The notes beneath the pieces were generated by a model. The model saw only the letters and a list, made by a program, of their open reading frames with translations, was not told the DNA's origin and made no database searches. The position numbers and the translations under genes were made by a program. A stretch of DNA of 63,066 nt, counting the filler, from Octopus bimaculoides (Eukaryota): the NCBI RefSeq assembly GCF_001194135.2. It is 7 parts of 6 records of this genome, joined end to end, with 100 filler letters (N's around TTAATTAATTAA, not from the genome) between each part and the next. Parts side by side here need not be neighbours in the genome. Positions count along the whole stretch, not along the records: positions 11,821 to 14,357 come from NC_068982.1; positions 14,458 to 39,755 come from NC_068989.1; 5 more parts are not named here. One strand, 5' to 3'. This document shows, one piece after another, positions 13,050-26,287 of this stretch (within the stretch, counting starts at the first letter, position 1; the number at the start of each line of letters is the position of its first letter).

Positions 13050-13250
13050 ATCTTCTATTTTTTATCTTTTATCTTTTACTAGTTTCAGTCAATTAGACTG
13101 CGGCCATGCTGGGGCGCCGCCTTGAGAAATTTTAGTCCAAATAATCGACCCCAGCACATATTTTCTTTTTATGCCTGGTACTTCTATCGATTCTTTCGCC
13201 GAACCGCCAAGTTACGGTAACGTAAACACAATAACACTGATTACCAAGAA
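13050..13250 (-). mobile_element. SINE family A, 3' half
   Basis: TTTCAGTCAATTAGACTGCGGCCATGCTGGGGC tail. Confidence 0.8.
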
Positions 13251-13384
13251 GAGTTCGGTGACGCTAGGTGGGGATAGAAGTACGCTTTCATAACTTTGTT
13301 GCCCAACGGGAGACCCATAAGACTGTGGCAGAGATTTTTCGTGGCGTTTTAATCATTTAACATTAAAAATAAGGAATATACATA

Positions 13385-13580
13385 TAATCCTTTTAACTAG
13401 GCACAAGACCTGAAATTACAGGGGAGTGGGCTAGTCCATTACATCAACCCAATATTTCACTGGCACTTAATTTATTGACCCCGAAAGGATGAAAGGCAAA
13501 GTCGACCTCGGCGGAATTTGAACTCAGTACGTAGCATTTCGTCCACCGTGCTAACGATTCTGTCAATTCTCCGCTTCAGG
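13385..13580 (-). mobile_element. SINE family B
   Basis: GACCCCGAAAGGATGAAAGGCAAAGTCGACCTCGGCGGAATTTGAACTCAG core. Confidence 0.85.
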
Positions 13581-13959
13581 AATAAACATATAATGCCACG
13601 AAACTCTATAAGGTGTTTTGAATCCTTACATGTCGTGTATTATCAATATATGACTGACCATCTCTTTAGTGGCTTTCTTCAGTTGTTGAGGAACTATATT
13701 ATACGATTATGAGTGAAATTATTTTTTAGCATGAGACTGTTTTCATACACAAATAAAGCATAAATATATATGAGTGAGAACGATAAAACGTTAAATACAT
13801 TTGATAACAATTTACATATTGAGAATACGGCAAAGTGTCAGTGGAATTATATGCTTAATAGAGGATGTAAGAGAATTTTACTCAGCAGGCACTCTAATTC
13901 TGATGAGTGCATATTTTTCCACACTTCAATGCTCATAGTTAGAAATGATAAGAGCAATT

Positions 13960-14044
<85 letters not shown>

Positions 14045-14288
14045 ACACAAACACACACATAGTCCTTACAGACCCCAGATTATTTATTTGTTCTTTGATG
14101 ACAAACTGACGAAATAAACGTAACGGGTTCCTGCCTCCCAGAGGTGAAGAGTTAGATTTGTCTTCGGCTTTAGAGTCTGACAAGACATCCACAAGGCTAA
14201 AGCCTTTGTGGATGAGAAACAATTGGCCACTCTATGACCGGACATAAACTCAATTACTTTCAATATATATATGTTTGCGTGTGTGTGT

Positions 14289-14343
<55 letters not shown>

Positions 14344-14457
14344 TGGATATATATATANNNNNNNNNNNNNNNNNNNNNNNNNNNNNNNNNNNNNNNNNNN
14401 NTTAATTAATTAANNNNNNNNNNNNNNNNNNNNNNNNNNNNNNNNNNNNNNNNNNNN

Positions 14458-14529
<72 letters not shown>

Positions 14530-14760
14530 AAAGGGATCAAAGGTCCTTACCGAGTCATAGGCTCATAAGATCAGTTTCCCGGATTCCGTGACGTATGTAT
14601 TCCTCCACTCCTAGAGAGGACACCAGTCCACCCAACTATTAGTCATTTTGCTAGCTGGATTAAAGCAACGTGAAATCAACGTTGCTCAAGAATACAACGC
14701 ATCGCCTAAATCTCACGATTATACGTGCAACATCCTAGCCACAAGGTCACGCACCTCCGC
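14530..14760 (-). mobile_element. Decayed tRNA-headed SINE
   Basis: Head-like GGAGGTGCGTGACCTTGTGGCTAGGATGTTGCAC on minus; the tail resembles 24647-24770. Confidence 0.55.
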
Positions 14761-14862
14761 ATATATATATTCATTAATATATATTGTCTTACTTTTATTT
14801 TTTCACTTGTTTCAGTTATTTCACTGCAGCATGTTAGAAATCTCAAAAACTATCCTTTACAT

Positions 14863-14970
14863 CAGTGGTACCCAACCTGTGGTCCGCTGACCCCTGGTGG
14901 TCCGCAAAAGTAGTACTGGAGGTCCGTGAACGTGTTAAGATGACAGACTTTTCAGTATCCTGGGTTCCGT
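14863..14970 (+). mobile_element. hAT-type MITE, left end, followed by a SINE
   Basis: CAGTGGTACCCAACCTGTGGTCCGCTGACCCCTGG resembles hAT/Charlie TIRs. Confidence 0.6.
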
Positions 14971-14972
14971 AA

Positions 14973-15120
14973 GGCGGCGAGCTGGCAGAAACGTTAGCAC
15001 GCCGGGCGAAATGCTTAGCGGTATTTCGTCTGCCGTTACGTTCTGAATTCAAATTCCGCCGAGGTCGACTTTGCCTTTCATCTTTTCGGGGTCGATAAAT
15101 TGAGTACCAGTTGCGTACTG
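14973..15120 (+). mobile_element. SINE family B, well preserved, cut by a gap
   Basis: GGCGGCGAGCTGGCAGAAACGTTAGC..GTTCTGAATTCAAATTCCGCCGAGG. Confidence 0.9.
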
Positions 15121-15861
15121 NNNNNNNNNNNNNNNNNNNNNNNNNNNNNNNNNNNNNNNNNNNNNNNNNNNNNNNNNNNNNNNNNNNNNNNNNNNNNNNN
15201 NNNNNNNNNNNNNNNNNNNNNNNNNNNNNNNNNNNNNNNNNNNNNNNNNNNNNNNNNNNNNNNNNNNNNNNNNNNNNNNNNNNNNNNNNNNNNNNNNNNN
15301 NNNNNNNNNNNNNNNNNNNNNNNNNNNNNNNNNNNNNNNNNNNNNNNNNNNNNNNNNNNNNNNNNNNNNNNNNNNNNNNNNNNNNNNNNNNNNNNNNNNN
15401 NNNNNNNNNNNNNNNNNNNNNNNNNNNNNNNNNNNNNNNNNNNNNNNNNNNNNNNNNNNNNNNNNNNNNNNNNNNNNNNNNNNNNNNNNNNNNNNNNNNN
15501 NNNNNNNNNNNNNNNNNNNNNNNNNNNNNNNNNNNNNNNNNNNNNNNNNNNNNNNNNNNNNNNNNNNNNNNNNNNNNNNNNNNNNNNNNNNNNNNNNNNN
15601 NNNNNNNNNNNNNNNNNNNNNNNNNNNNNNNNNNNNNNNNNNNNNNNNNNNNNNNNNNNNNNNNNNNNNNNNNNNNNNNNNNNNNNNNNNNNNNNNNNNN
15701 NNNNNNNNNNNNNNNNNNNNNNNNNNNNNNNNNNNNNNNNNNNNNNNNNNNNNNNNNNNNNNNNNNNNNNNNNNNNNNNNNNNNNNNNNNNNNNNNNNNN
15801 NNNNNNNNNNNNNNNNNNNNNNNNNNNNNNNNNNNNNNNNNNNNNNNNNNNNNNNNNNNNN

Positions 15862-15935
15862 ATATATATATATATACGACGGGTTTCTTTCAGTTTCCGT
15901 CTACCAAATCCACTCACAAGACTTTGGTCGGCCTG
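15862..15935 (-). mobile_element. SINE family A core fragment
   Basis: CGACGGGTTTCTTTCAGTTTCCGTCTACCAAATCCACTCACAAG. Confidence 0.8.
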
Positions 15936-15956
15936 CGCTTATGACAAGAACAATCA

Positions 15957-16172
15957 CAATAATCCTTTTTAATATAAGCACAAAGCCAAGATATTTTGTG
16001 GGAAGCGTCTAGCCAACTACATCGTTCCCCAGTGCTCAACTGGTACTTATTTTATTGACCCCGAAATGATGAACGGCAAAGGAATCTCGGCGGAATTTGA
16101 AGTCAGACCGTAAAGACGGAAGAAATGCCGCTAAGCATTTTGCTCGATGTGCTAACAATTCTGCCAGTTCAT
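15957..16172 (-). mobile_element. SINE family B
   Basis: Head, core and tail recognisable on the minus strand. Confidence 0.85.
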
Positions 16173-16454
16173 TTGATTTGCAAGCAAGGTAGTGTGCTCA
16201 GATGTATTCGGTTATTTATTGTTGTACTTTGATTACTTTTTGTTGATACTCGGGTTTTCGTGAATGTCGCTGTTCGCGTAGCGAACTTCTGAAGTGCACA
16301 GCGTAATATTTATAACAAAGATAATATGCTGAGCTGTCACTCAAATGGAAAAAAATAGAAGTAAAATAAAAGAAACACATGAAGTACATAAACACGCACG
16401 CGCACACAGACAAGCGCACTCGCGCACGCGTGCATACATACAAACATACAAATT

Positions 16455-16507
16455 GATAGAGAGATAGATAGACAGACAGCCAGCCAGATAGACAGACGGA
16501 CAGACCA

Positions 16508-16560
<53 letters not shown>

Positions 16561-16586
16561 TAGATAGATAGATAGATAGATAGATA
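16455..16586. repeat. (GACA)n/(GATA)n tetranucleotide repeat; similar tracts at 17005-17180, 23360-23545, 26690-26750, 31345-31430 and 50830-50900
   Basis: Read directly; source of the SVCL/SIYL ORFs. Confidence 0.95.
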
Positions 16587-17041
16587 CGCACATAGAATAT
16601 ACANNNNNNNNNNCATACATTCTTAAGTATACAATACACATATTGGCGCATTGTATGGAGCTGTGCGATAAAAAAACATGCAATAAAAGTAATAAAGAAT
16701 AAGAAGAATAGAGTCGGGAAAAATCTATATGACGTTATGTCTATTAGAGTTAATGTGAAGGAAATTGAATCGCAAAAACACCAACAAACACAAAATAGGC
16801 AGAATAGAATAAACAACTGGACGAAAAAAATATAGAAGAACGATGCATTAAAAAATAAACATCTGACTCTTGGACACTGTGAAAATAAATCTCTGTCATT
16901 GCAAATGCAAAAATGGAATTCGTGCAATTACTTCCAGCAAATTGTTAGTTATGGTGGACGGTTTCTTCCAAGACGAAGACATGATGGCTTTAAAAATTTA
17001 GAGATAGACGGATAGATAGATAGATTAGATAGCTAGCTAGC

Positions 17042-17073
<32 letters not shown>

Positions 17074-18302
17074 GGGAGAGAGAGGGAGGAAGAGAGACAG
17101 ACAGACAGATACATACATACATATATGCATGCATACATACATACATACATACATACATACATACATACATACATACATACATGGCCATCTTTATAGCTCG
17201 AAATTGATTTAGATAAATAAAACAGAAAGCAGGAGAGATGGATAAATAGATAGGAACATATACAGCATATATATATATANNNNNNNNNNNNNNNNNNNNN
17301 NNNNNNNNNNNNNNNNNNNNNNNNNNNNNNNNNNNNNNNNNNNNNNNNNNNNNNNNNNNNNNNNNNNNNNNNNNNNNNNNNNNNNNNNNNNNNNNNNNNN
17401 NNNNNNNNNNNNNNNNNNNNNNNNNNNNNNNNNNNNNNNNNNNNNNNNNNNNNNNNNNNNNNNNNNNNNNNNNNNNNNNNNNNNNNNNNNNNNNNNNNNN
17501 NNNNNNNNNNNNNNNNNNNNNNNNNNNNNNNNNNNNNNNNNNNNNNNNNNNNNNNNNNNNNNNNNNNNNNNNNNNNNNNNNNNNNNNNNNNNNNNNNNNN
17601 NNNNNNNNNNNNNNNNNNNNNNNNNNNNNNNNNNNNNNNNNNNNNNNNNNNNNNNNNNNNNNNNNNNNNNNNNNNNNNNNNNNNNNNNNNNNNNNNNNAC
17701 ATATATACATGGACGCCGCACACGCATATTTATGCATACGTACACACATACTTACATAAATGCATGCATATATGTAAACATGCATACGCAACTGTTTTGC
17801 TGGAGTATACAAGCATGAAAGTGATAGCATTATTGAGCAAACTAATGAACTTGAAGGGAGACATGAAGCAAACACAGGCCACTCCCAGGCGCACTGGCTA
17901 ATCCCATCCGACAACGACGACGACGACAGCAACAGACAAATCTGTTGAAAAATATTTACATGATTACTTGAAATGAAATACATTGTTTATAAAACAGCTT
18001 GTCTTAATGCGCCGGCATTTTCATGTCTCATCTGCAAGGTTATCCCCCACGCGGTCCAAAAGTGAAAATTCTGTTACTGAGTACCTTATTCCAAAACGAA
18101 GAGCACGAGTTAACAGAACGTGTAAACTTTCGATAGATCATTATGTACATCATTGCCAACTGAGAGAGAAGATACTCATCACTGTAGCTCTCACTACCAT
18201 ATCTCATGATATGGTAGTCAGAAGACTCCAGAATGAAAGGAAGAGCTAAAAGATGTGATCAACAAATAAAGGTGAACATATTAAGACCGACACATCAATT
18301 GG

Positions 18303-18590
18303 AATACCGTCGGTTACGACGACGGGGTTTCCAGATGATCCACTCAACGAAACAGCCTGCTAAGGTATTAATGCGCAAGTGGTTGAGCAGGCCACAGGCA
18401 CGCGTACCCTTAATTTAGATCTCAGAGAGATTCAGCGTGACACAGAATGCGACAAGATTGGCCCTTTTGAATACAAGTACTACTCAATTGAGTTGACTGG
18501 AGCAACGCGAAATCAACGAAGTCTTGCTGAAGGACACATCACCGGGAATCGAACATATCGTGAGCCGAATATCCTGACTACTGTTAATAG
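18303..18590 (-). mobile_element. tRNA-headed SINE with the family-C body module and an RTE-like tail
   Basis: 18377-18480 aligns with 3401-3503; the minus strand ends CCCCGTCGTCGTAACCGACGG; the head differs from the 3401 copy. Confidence 0.75.
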
Positions 18591-19199
18591 AACTTCAGAA
18601 TATAACCAGCTGCGGAATCGAAACACAACTGACCTGATATTTATTTCTATTTGGGACAATAGATACAGAACACATTCAATGTGCCGACTTCATGTCAGTG
18701 TGGTAGAAAACATACAATAAATAGAAAACATGATTTGCCTAATAATGGGAAGTTTACAAATCCAGTACCCAAAATACACTTTAATTTTGGAATAACAGGA
18801 TGTGTACTAATCCACAATCCACATGTTTAGCAGTGTGGTGATACGGCATGACAAACAGTAGGGTAGAGTTTTCCTTACTAATAGTAAAAGACCACAGAAC
18901 AACTCCCAAACTGCACCCCGCTGTAGATGCAAAGAAAAATGGTTGATGACAGTTTTCATGCAAGGCAGAGCAAGAAGTTCAGATGCTTCAAGTTTGAATA
19001 ATAGAAACTACACAAGAATTTTCTGTGCAGAGGATCTGCCGGACAGTAGAAGAGAGAAGACGAACACCAGCTGAGGCAACAACGAGAGATCCTGGGAACT
19101 ACTATTTTTAGAACTTCATTATACTCAGGTTTGTAGGTAACGTCGGAAATAGTGAAATTTAAAACCTCTTCTTCGGTGCCAGGGCTCAGAAATCAAGGG

Positions 19200-19900
19200 C
19201 CTCCTCTCACAATCGTCTTAAAAGTATTGGAGAAAAGAGTGGATTTACAGAGGAGGAGAACTATCAGGACCATGTGAAAATAAAAGACTTCTCAAATAGG
19301 ATGTGAACAAAAGCGGAAAGTAATGCATGCAAGAAAAAAACAAAGTTCACAGTCCTTCAAAGAACAAGCAAGGAACTGCTAAAGATTTGCAACGAAATGC
19401 AGGAAAATGTAAAGAAGGGCCAAATGCAAAGTGAGGGGTAGATAGGCTTCGAACTTGTGGAATTTGCAAACAACTGACTGTTAATAAGAACCAATTTAAT
19501 AGTTTACATGCAATCATAAATTAGCCACCAACATAACTTGTTTCATGCAATACATCATAGAGCAGTTCGACATTAGACCTAGATTCGGTCTTGTTCTGAT
19601 CAATTTATATTACTGTAAAGATTACGACATGGTCAACTATTGTCACTCGGTAACTATTCTAAGCATAATCATTTCTGGTTGCACCTTAAGAGGCTGGCTT
19701 GTTTCAATGTACAACGGCATTTGTTCGGTGGTTAAACTAAACGGTCACCTATCCAAACTTGTTCTTATCGTGTGTTTGGTTGGTCAGGAATGCCTTTTCC
19801 TATCTCTTCTTTTGTATGTTTGGTGATGGATACTTTGTTGCGGAGAGATTGAAGGGTATCCTGCTTGAAATGACAACTAGGAAGACGACAGTATGCTCTC
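19200..19900 (+). mobile_element. Decayed Tx1/L1-clade RT fragment
   Basis: LVLINLYYCKDYDMVNY..GWLVSMYNGICSVVKLNGHLSK..VGQEC..SLLLYV fits the LD..KAFDRV / WI..MY..NG.LS / RQGCPLSPLLY pattern. Confidence 0.7.
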
Positions 19901-20409
19901 AACTCACTACATTAAAAACAAGTGCATCCAGGATGGTGGATTTTGTTAGTGGATCGAGGCTTCGAGAAAGAAAGTTGGGGCCGGCTTCAGACCCCCAGGT
20001 GCAGAAAAATTGGTAAGGGGTTGTGATCCGGGTAGCCTGTCTCACTAATAAATAGACTTAGAGCAGGGTATCAGCGTATTCCATTGCTGATCATGTGTGG
20101 ACACACACTGAGGTTGATACTTGTTGATGGTTGAGACAGTGAACAGATGCTGTTGCTCTTTCTGCGTCACATCTCATTGCAACGTGTCTCTTTGATCGAG
20201 CTGCTGTCTTGGATTAAACGAATACCGAAGTTGTGCCTTTGGTATCTAGAATATTTCAAAACCCTCACTGCAGTCTACCAACCAGACCGTAAGATCGATG
20301 AAATATGAAGCAGCAATTTAAATCAAATTATTGATAACGGCTTGGAATCAATTCTAGAAGTCGAAGGTGACAGTCTGAGTAGTTTAAGAACTTTCAGATC
20401 GAAAAACCT

Positions 20410-20590
20410 GAATGATTTCAAGTAGTCTTTTGTCTGGCAATGGTAAAGCTGGACTTGGCCTGTCTAAAAAAAGCTCAACAGACATGGTGGTACTGGAGTT
20501 GCCGAATCTGTACGGATACATGCTTGGTAAAGAAACAGTCCAGCATGCACTTGATCAATGTTTAATATCCGAGCATTGCATATTTATGAG
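20410..20590 (+). mobile_element. Tx1/L1-type C-terminal zinc-knuckle remnant
   Basis: ETVQHALDQC motif. Confidence 0.5.
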
Positions 20591-20639
20591 TTTATACTAA
20601 ATACTTAAAAAGCTGCTATCACTTGCGGGATGATTAGGG

Positions 20640-20990
20640 ATATCAATCGATTCTGCTGTGAAGAACAAACCACTGCTTTCTCCTGGCAAAGAAGAACGGA
20701 TATTCTACATTTACTTGGTTGTTATGGCGAAGGAAATTGTGTAGTGAACGTGCAGTTGCAAGACCTTTCTGATGACAGAGTTTTTCTTCCCAAATCTATA
20801 TCAACTTCTTCAAGCACAATTTGAAGAATTTTTTCAGTATGATTGTCAATGGAATCAACGCAATTTTGAGTGTATAGTTTTGAGTCCATCCATATATAGA
20901 AGATTATTTATTTCCTCCCAGTTCTTTGCAAGTTCATAAGCTTGCACTTGCTTAGTCTCTCAGGAATAAGTCGTTACAAGGAATTTAAGA
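20640..20990 (-). mobile_element. Decayed R4/Dong-like RT fragment (motif 5)
   Basis: Minus strand reads NNLLYMDGLK, compared with the typical NHLLYMDDLK. Confidence 0.55.
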
Positions 20991-21089
20991 AAGACAATGA
21001 TTGATGAAACTCTAACTCAGAACAAATGCAGAATAGGCGAGAAAGAAGACGAAAGTATTAGCCACCTTCTTCGCGAATGCAAGCTTAAG

Positions 21090-22521
21090 AGCTTACTAAG
21101 AATAGAGACAAAATAATCACCTGCTATATGTGGATGACATTAAATCGTAAAGCGAAAAGGCGAAATAAAAATTGAATTTTCTTGTTCAAACGATAAGAGT
21201 AATTAGCAAGAATGTTAGTGTACAGTTTGGGGTAAATAAATGAGCAGTAGTAATTATGAAGAGAGATCGAAAGATTATATCTAATGGGTTAAAGATACGA
21301 TAAAAGAGAAATATTGATACAAGTGTCCAGCGGTACTGCAGGATGATAAAGTAATGAAAATACAAATAAGAGAGGAAATCCCTCAGGAATGCTGGAGAAG
21401 GATTAGGAAAATGCTTGAACCAAAACTAACTGGAGAGAAGATTGTCAAAGCAAACAGTACGTGGGCCATTTTAGCTCGACATACCTGCCCGTTTTTTAAA
21501 CTGCAAACGCAAAACTACAGGAATTGAAGAACTGGATAAAAGCTCCACACAATGGCACGCCTCTCTAAATGCAATATCGGCAGGTTCTATTTTCCAAGAA
21601 GAAAAGAAGGGGCTTTTTAGTCCATAAAACACCATCAATACTGAGATTTGGGATTTGAATAACTAGATTGTGCATAATGAGAAACTCTAACCTGTGGCAA
21701 AAAATATTCAAGAAATTGCTTGAAAGGTCAGAGAGTTCAAGAATAGATTGACGAACGACAAAACAAATAGCAGGAAAAGAAAGAAACTACATGGTCAATT
21801 TATGTGACAAACCGAGAAAGTTGGAAATTAAGGCGAAGATTAAAATTGAGAAATGGAAACTAAACCGGTGATTATAGCACTCAGGAACAAGCCATTAGAA
21901 CGAATTTGATAAAGACTGATAAAACACATTCAGACAGCAAATACAGAACGTGTAGAAAGGGATTGAAAGTACTAACCATTTCGTGAGTGTTGTAATATAG
22001 CACAAAGAGAGTATAAATGCAGACGTAACTGTGTCGATAAAAGATGTGAGTGAGCTGATTGTTAAGCAAGTCCGTAGATTTGAAAAGTGATATGAATATG
22101 AGCCAAAGGTTCGATAAATTCCTCGATACATACTGATCATGTAATGGAAGTAGATCAGATATGACCGTGGAGAGCAGAAAGAATAGATAAAGTAAAATTG
22201 TTGACTTTGTAATCCCATGTCATAGTAGAGTGAATATCAAAGAAATTGAAAAAATTGGGAATTATCAGGACCTAACCGGAGAGATGAAGAGATTGTGGAA
22301 CAAAACTGAAAATTGTTCCCCTGGTAATTGATGTACTCGGTTAAACACCAAAACTGTTACATAAGAGGCTGAAAGATATTGTAATTGTATTGTCATCCAG
22401 TAGAAAAGTACCATCTTGTATTCTGAAAGAATCTTAAGAGAGATTCTTGAAATTCATGGAGACATGTCAAGAAACGTCTGGATAACATTTCTGCTTAATA
22501 AATTAGGATGTAATGGCTTTG

Positions 22522-22522
<1 letters not shown>
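21090..22522 (+). mobile_element. Decayed 5'-truncated R4/Dong-like LINE (RT motif 5 to REL), ending at (TAA)n
   Basis: In order across broken frames: HLLYVDDIK, FGVNK*AV, RFYFPRR, QEQAIRTN, a CCHC remnant, RSD..IVDFVIPCHSRVNIKEIEKIGNYQDL..KRLW, IVPLVIDVLG and STILYSERILREILEI. Confidence 0.8.
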
Positions 22523-22593
<71 letters not shown>

Positions 22594-22660
22594 CAACAAC
22601 AATAATACCAACAACCACAACAACAACTACAACAACAGGGATAACATAACGGCAGCCGCA
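22523..22660. repeat. (AAT)n then (AAC)n-rich tract
   Basis: Read directly from the sequence. Confidence 0.95.
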
Positions 22661-23360
22661 ACATCAACAACGGTTAAAGTAAGTACATCCACAAAAGTAA
22701 CAATAAATGTCGTGTCTACAAAATAAATCTTACCCTTGAATTTCTCATATTGCAGCGACCGATTTTGCCTTATGCTGTAAGAGTCAGTGTAGGTTTGTTT
22801 ATCAGCAAAACATTTATCAAAAATTTAGTTAAGTAAACAACGACAACATAGTATAAATAGACATTGTAAAATGTTACTTTGATTTCTTTAAGGAAATTGG
22901 TGTTGAAGTGAAATACTATACACATGGTTTAAAAAAAAAGTGGGATTTTGTTTTATGTTTTATTTCTTATTTTGTAATTTTAGGGTCTTTTTGTTGTTGT
23001 TTTTTTCAATTTTGTTTCCAAAAGAAGAAAAAAATTGAAAATGTTGCTATAGAGTTTTGATAGAAAATTGAAGTTAAGTAATTTGTCTGCTACATTAAGT
23101 CGAAAAACTAGCGGCAATTTAATGTTAAAAAAGATTGGATAAGGAATGCAATCTATACAGAGAGGAAGTATTTATTATTGCTCTTCTTCCTCTTCTTCCT
23201 CACCCTTTCTTTGTTTCTTTGACTGTTTGCCAGTCTTTTCTATATATCTATCCATGTATATATATATATATATATATATATTTCCATCCATCTTTCTATC
23301 TATTCTATTCATCGATACATCCGTCTATTGATTTCACCATCGATCCATCTATCAATCCAT

Positions 23361-23421
<61 letters not shown>

Positions 23422-23431
23422 CATCTATCTA

Positions 23432-23462
<31 letters not shown>

Positions 23463-23490
23463 ATGTATATATATCTACCTGTCTATCTAT

Positions 23491-23540
<50 letters not shown>

Positions 23541-23694
23541 GTCTGTCTTCATAACCATCCATACACCCATGTTATGCTCCATTCCATCAAACAGTCTGCC
23601 GTTAACAGCAAAGAACTTGACAGAAAGACGTCCATGCAAGCAACAGTGATGGTGGAAACACTCAAGGAAATCACTTCTGAAGGTTAGCAGGAAT

Positions 23695-23704
23695 AAAATT
23701 ATTA

Positions 23705-23753
<49 letters not shown>

Positions 23754-23754
23754 C

Positions 23755-23792
<38 letters not shown>

Positions 23793-24253
23793 AAGTAGTA
23801 GATCGTTTTCTTTTCTTTTTCTTTGCTTCTTTTGTTTTTCTTTGTATTATTTCTGTAATACACATTTTAAGATATTTGGTCTGTTGTACTTATTTTGATG
23901 TCGAGGCTTGTGATGTCTACAATGCCATTGCTGCTATTGATGATGATGATGATCATCATCATCATCATGTTGTTGTACGATGCAGTGGTCATCATGTTGT
24001 TGTTGTTGTTGTTAGTCATTGTTACGCTATTGCTGTGTGTAGTACCGATGTCTTTGTTCTTGCACTGGCGACTACTGAATCGACTACACTTTCCAGCCTG
24101 TCAAGTACTAGGGTATACTTAAGTTACCCTACCTTCTCCTCCCTTCCTCCTGCCTTCCATTCTCGTCAATATATGTGATCTTATACTTGTGCTTATATAA
24201 ATCGATATCTTTACAACTGTTTTTTGTTGTTGGTTGGTTTTATTGTTGTTGTT

Positions 24254-24302
<49 letters not shown>

Positions 24303-24540
24303 CAGCAGCAGCAGCAGCAGCGGCGGCGGCGGCGGCGGCGAGCAGGAGGAGGAGGATTGGAGGAGGAAGAGTGGGAGGAGAAAGCGGGAGTGGAGGAGGA
24401 GGTGGATGAGAAGCAAGGGAGGAGGTAGAAGAGGAGTTGGAAGAGGAGAATGAAGAGGAAACGGAAGTGGAGGTGGAGGAGGAGGAACAGGAGAAGGAGG
24501 GCAGGAGCAGGAGGAGCAGAATTAGGAGGAGAAATAAAAT
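23695..24540. repeat. Field of mixed trinucleotide repeats (TAT, TAG, GAT, CAT, GTT, CAG, CGG, GAG)
   Basis: Read directly; source of the homopolymeric ORFs. Confidence 0.9.
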
Positions 24541-24646
24541 ACCAGTCAAGTACCGGGGTCGGTGTTATCGACTATCTCAACATCCACTAAAATTTATTGG
24601 CCTTGTGTCAAATGTGAAACCTTTATTATTACTGAACTGGCAGAAT

Positions 24647-24959
24647 GTTGTTGTTGTTGTCAGTTCCTTCTCGAACCATGCCTGCTTCATAAGGGCAGGT
24701 TTCCCGGTTTGATTGGCGTATAAGTTTCCCACCTGGACGGGACGCCGATCCGTTGCAAGTGAGCTGCTAGATGCAGGAGGAAAGAGTGAGAGAAAGTTGT
24801 GACAGAAGAGTCAGCAGAAGTTCGCCATTACCTTCTGCCGGAGCCGCGTGGAGCTTAGATATTTCACTCATAAACACACACATCACCTGGTCTGAGATTC
24901 GAACTCACGATCCCTCGACCTCGAGTCCGCTGCTCTAACCACTAGGCTATGTGCCTTCA
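24647..24959 (-). mobile_element. Full-length SINE: family-C 5' module, a different tail, and a (CAA)n end
   Basis: tRNA head GTGAAGGCACATAGCCTAGTGGTTAGAG..GTTCGAATC; 24773-24885 aligns with about 3512-3625. Confidence 0.85.
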
Positions 24960-24969
24960 CGATCTGGAA

Positions 24970-25150
24970 GAATGGTTAGCAGCATTTCGCGTGTCACTAC
25001 ATTCTCATTACAAGTGCCGCCAAGGTCAACTTTGCCTTTCGTCCTTTCGCGATCGTTAAAATAAGTACCAGTCATGCACTTGGATCGACTAACACCACCT
25101 CATCCCAAATTTCAGGCCTTATGTCTAAAGTAGAAAGGATTACAATAATT
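24970..25150 (+). mobile_element. SINE family B, decayed
   Basis: GGTCAACTTTGCCTTTCGTCCTTTCG core and AAAGTAGAAAGGATT tail. Confidence 0.75.
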
Positions 25151-25334
25151 ATTTCCATATCACTTCTTAGAGCTTTTGATTTCACGTGTTCCGGCTAATT
25201 CTGTAAGAACAGACCACAACCTTCTGTCAAAGGTCTCTCACCGGGTCTCTTTCCCCAATGCTTGAAACATTTGAGTACCAGTCTCAAAATCCTCGTTGTC
25301 CCCAATAAAGCAGTTTTGTTATTATTTCATCCTG

Positions 25335-25485
25335 TTCAAATTTCGCCGAGTTCGACTTCGCCTTTCATCCTCCCGGGGTCGATAAAAATAGGTACCAGTT
25401 GAGCACTGGGGTTCATGTATCCGACTTATCCCCTCCCTCGGGATTACTGGCCTTGTGCCAAAATTTGATACCAATATTATTATTG
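25335..25485 (+). mobile_element. SINE family B, 5'-truncated
   Basis: Core plus CTGGCCTTGTGCCAAAATTTGATACC tail. Confidence 0.8.
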
Positions 25486-26172
25486 AGCGAGAGAGCAGCG
25501 CATGCCATCAAAGTAACACTGGGGTACAAATATACGAAACCCAGTATACCCATCATGACTACCCGTCTGATAGGGGTACACCAGGCACATGCATCACAAC
25601 CATCTGTGCCCGACACGGTGATCCCATATCAAAGTGCATCATCTTGCTGGTGGGGCCCATCCCATTCAAAATATTTTGCTATAGCTCATCTTTTACACCA
25701 AAACAAAACGTACATTATAACATTGCCAATCAGTTAAGATCAGAAGCTATGGGAGCCAGTGCCTGGTATTACATATTATTATTGTTATTGTCATGCCTTG
25801 TCCCGATTACTACTTATTTAAATTCTTGTGGAAGGGATGCGTTCCAATGGTCAGGCGGTCAATTTGTTGCCAGCATCCTCTGAGTGGTCAATTAAATATG
25901 CCGTAGATCTTAATGCGCACACACGCTCTTAGGTTACACCACAGGCAACGATTTCTGCATGGTGAGCGTGTGTGGACTCTGTTTGTGAGGTTCGTCTTTC
26001 TGCAGTTCTGGGTGAAGACCGAAACTGAGCACCTGGCACCTAAAATGTCGTCAGGCGCTCACAACCTTCTACCAATCGGGCAATGGGATCGGTGGATGTT
26101 CCGCTTTGGAAATTTACAGAGGGTTAGTGGCGAGGAAGTCCGACATAGAGACAACATGATCAATGGTCTCAT

Positions 26173-26184
26173 AGCAGCAGCAGC

Positions 26185-26283
<99 letters not shown>

Positions 26284-26287
26284 GGTG
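26173..26287. repeat. (GCA)n(GTA)n(GTG)n microsatellite
   Basis: Read directly from the sequence. Confidence 0.95.

Noticed and set aside
20640-22522. Twin-priming 5' inversion of one R4 copy
   Set aside because: The plus-strand copy has its own RT motif 5 (YVDD, about 21125), so the minus fragment is a separate copy.
26140-26175. ETIDHVVS on minus as an R4 zinc knuckle
   Set aside because: The following sequence lacks the C..LA..EY..RH continuation.
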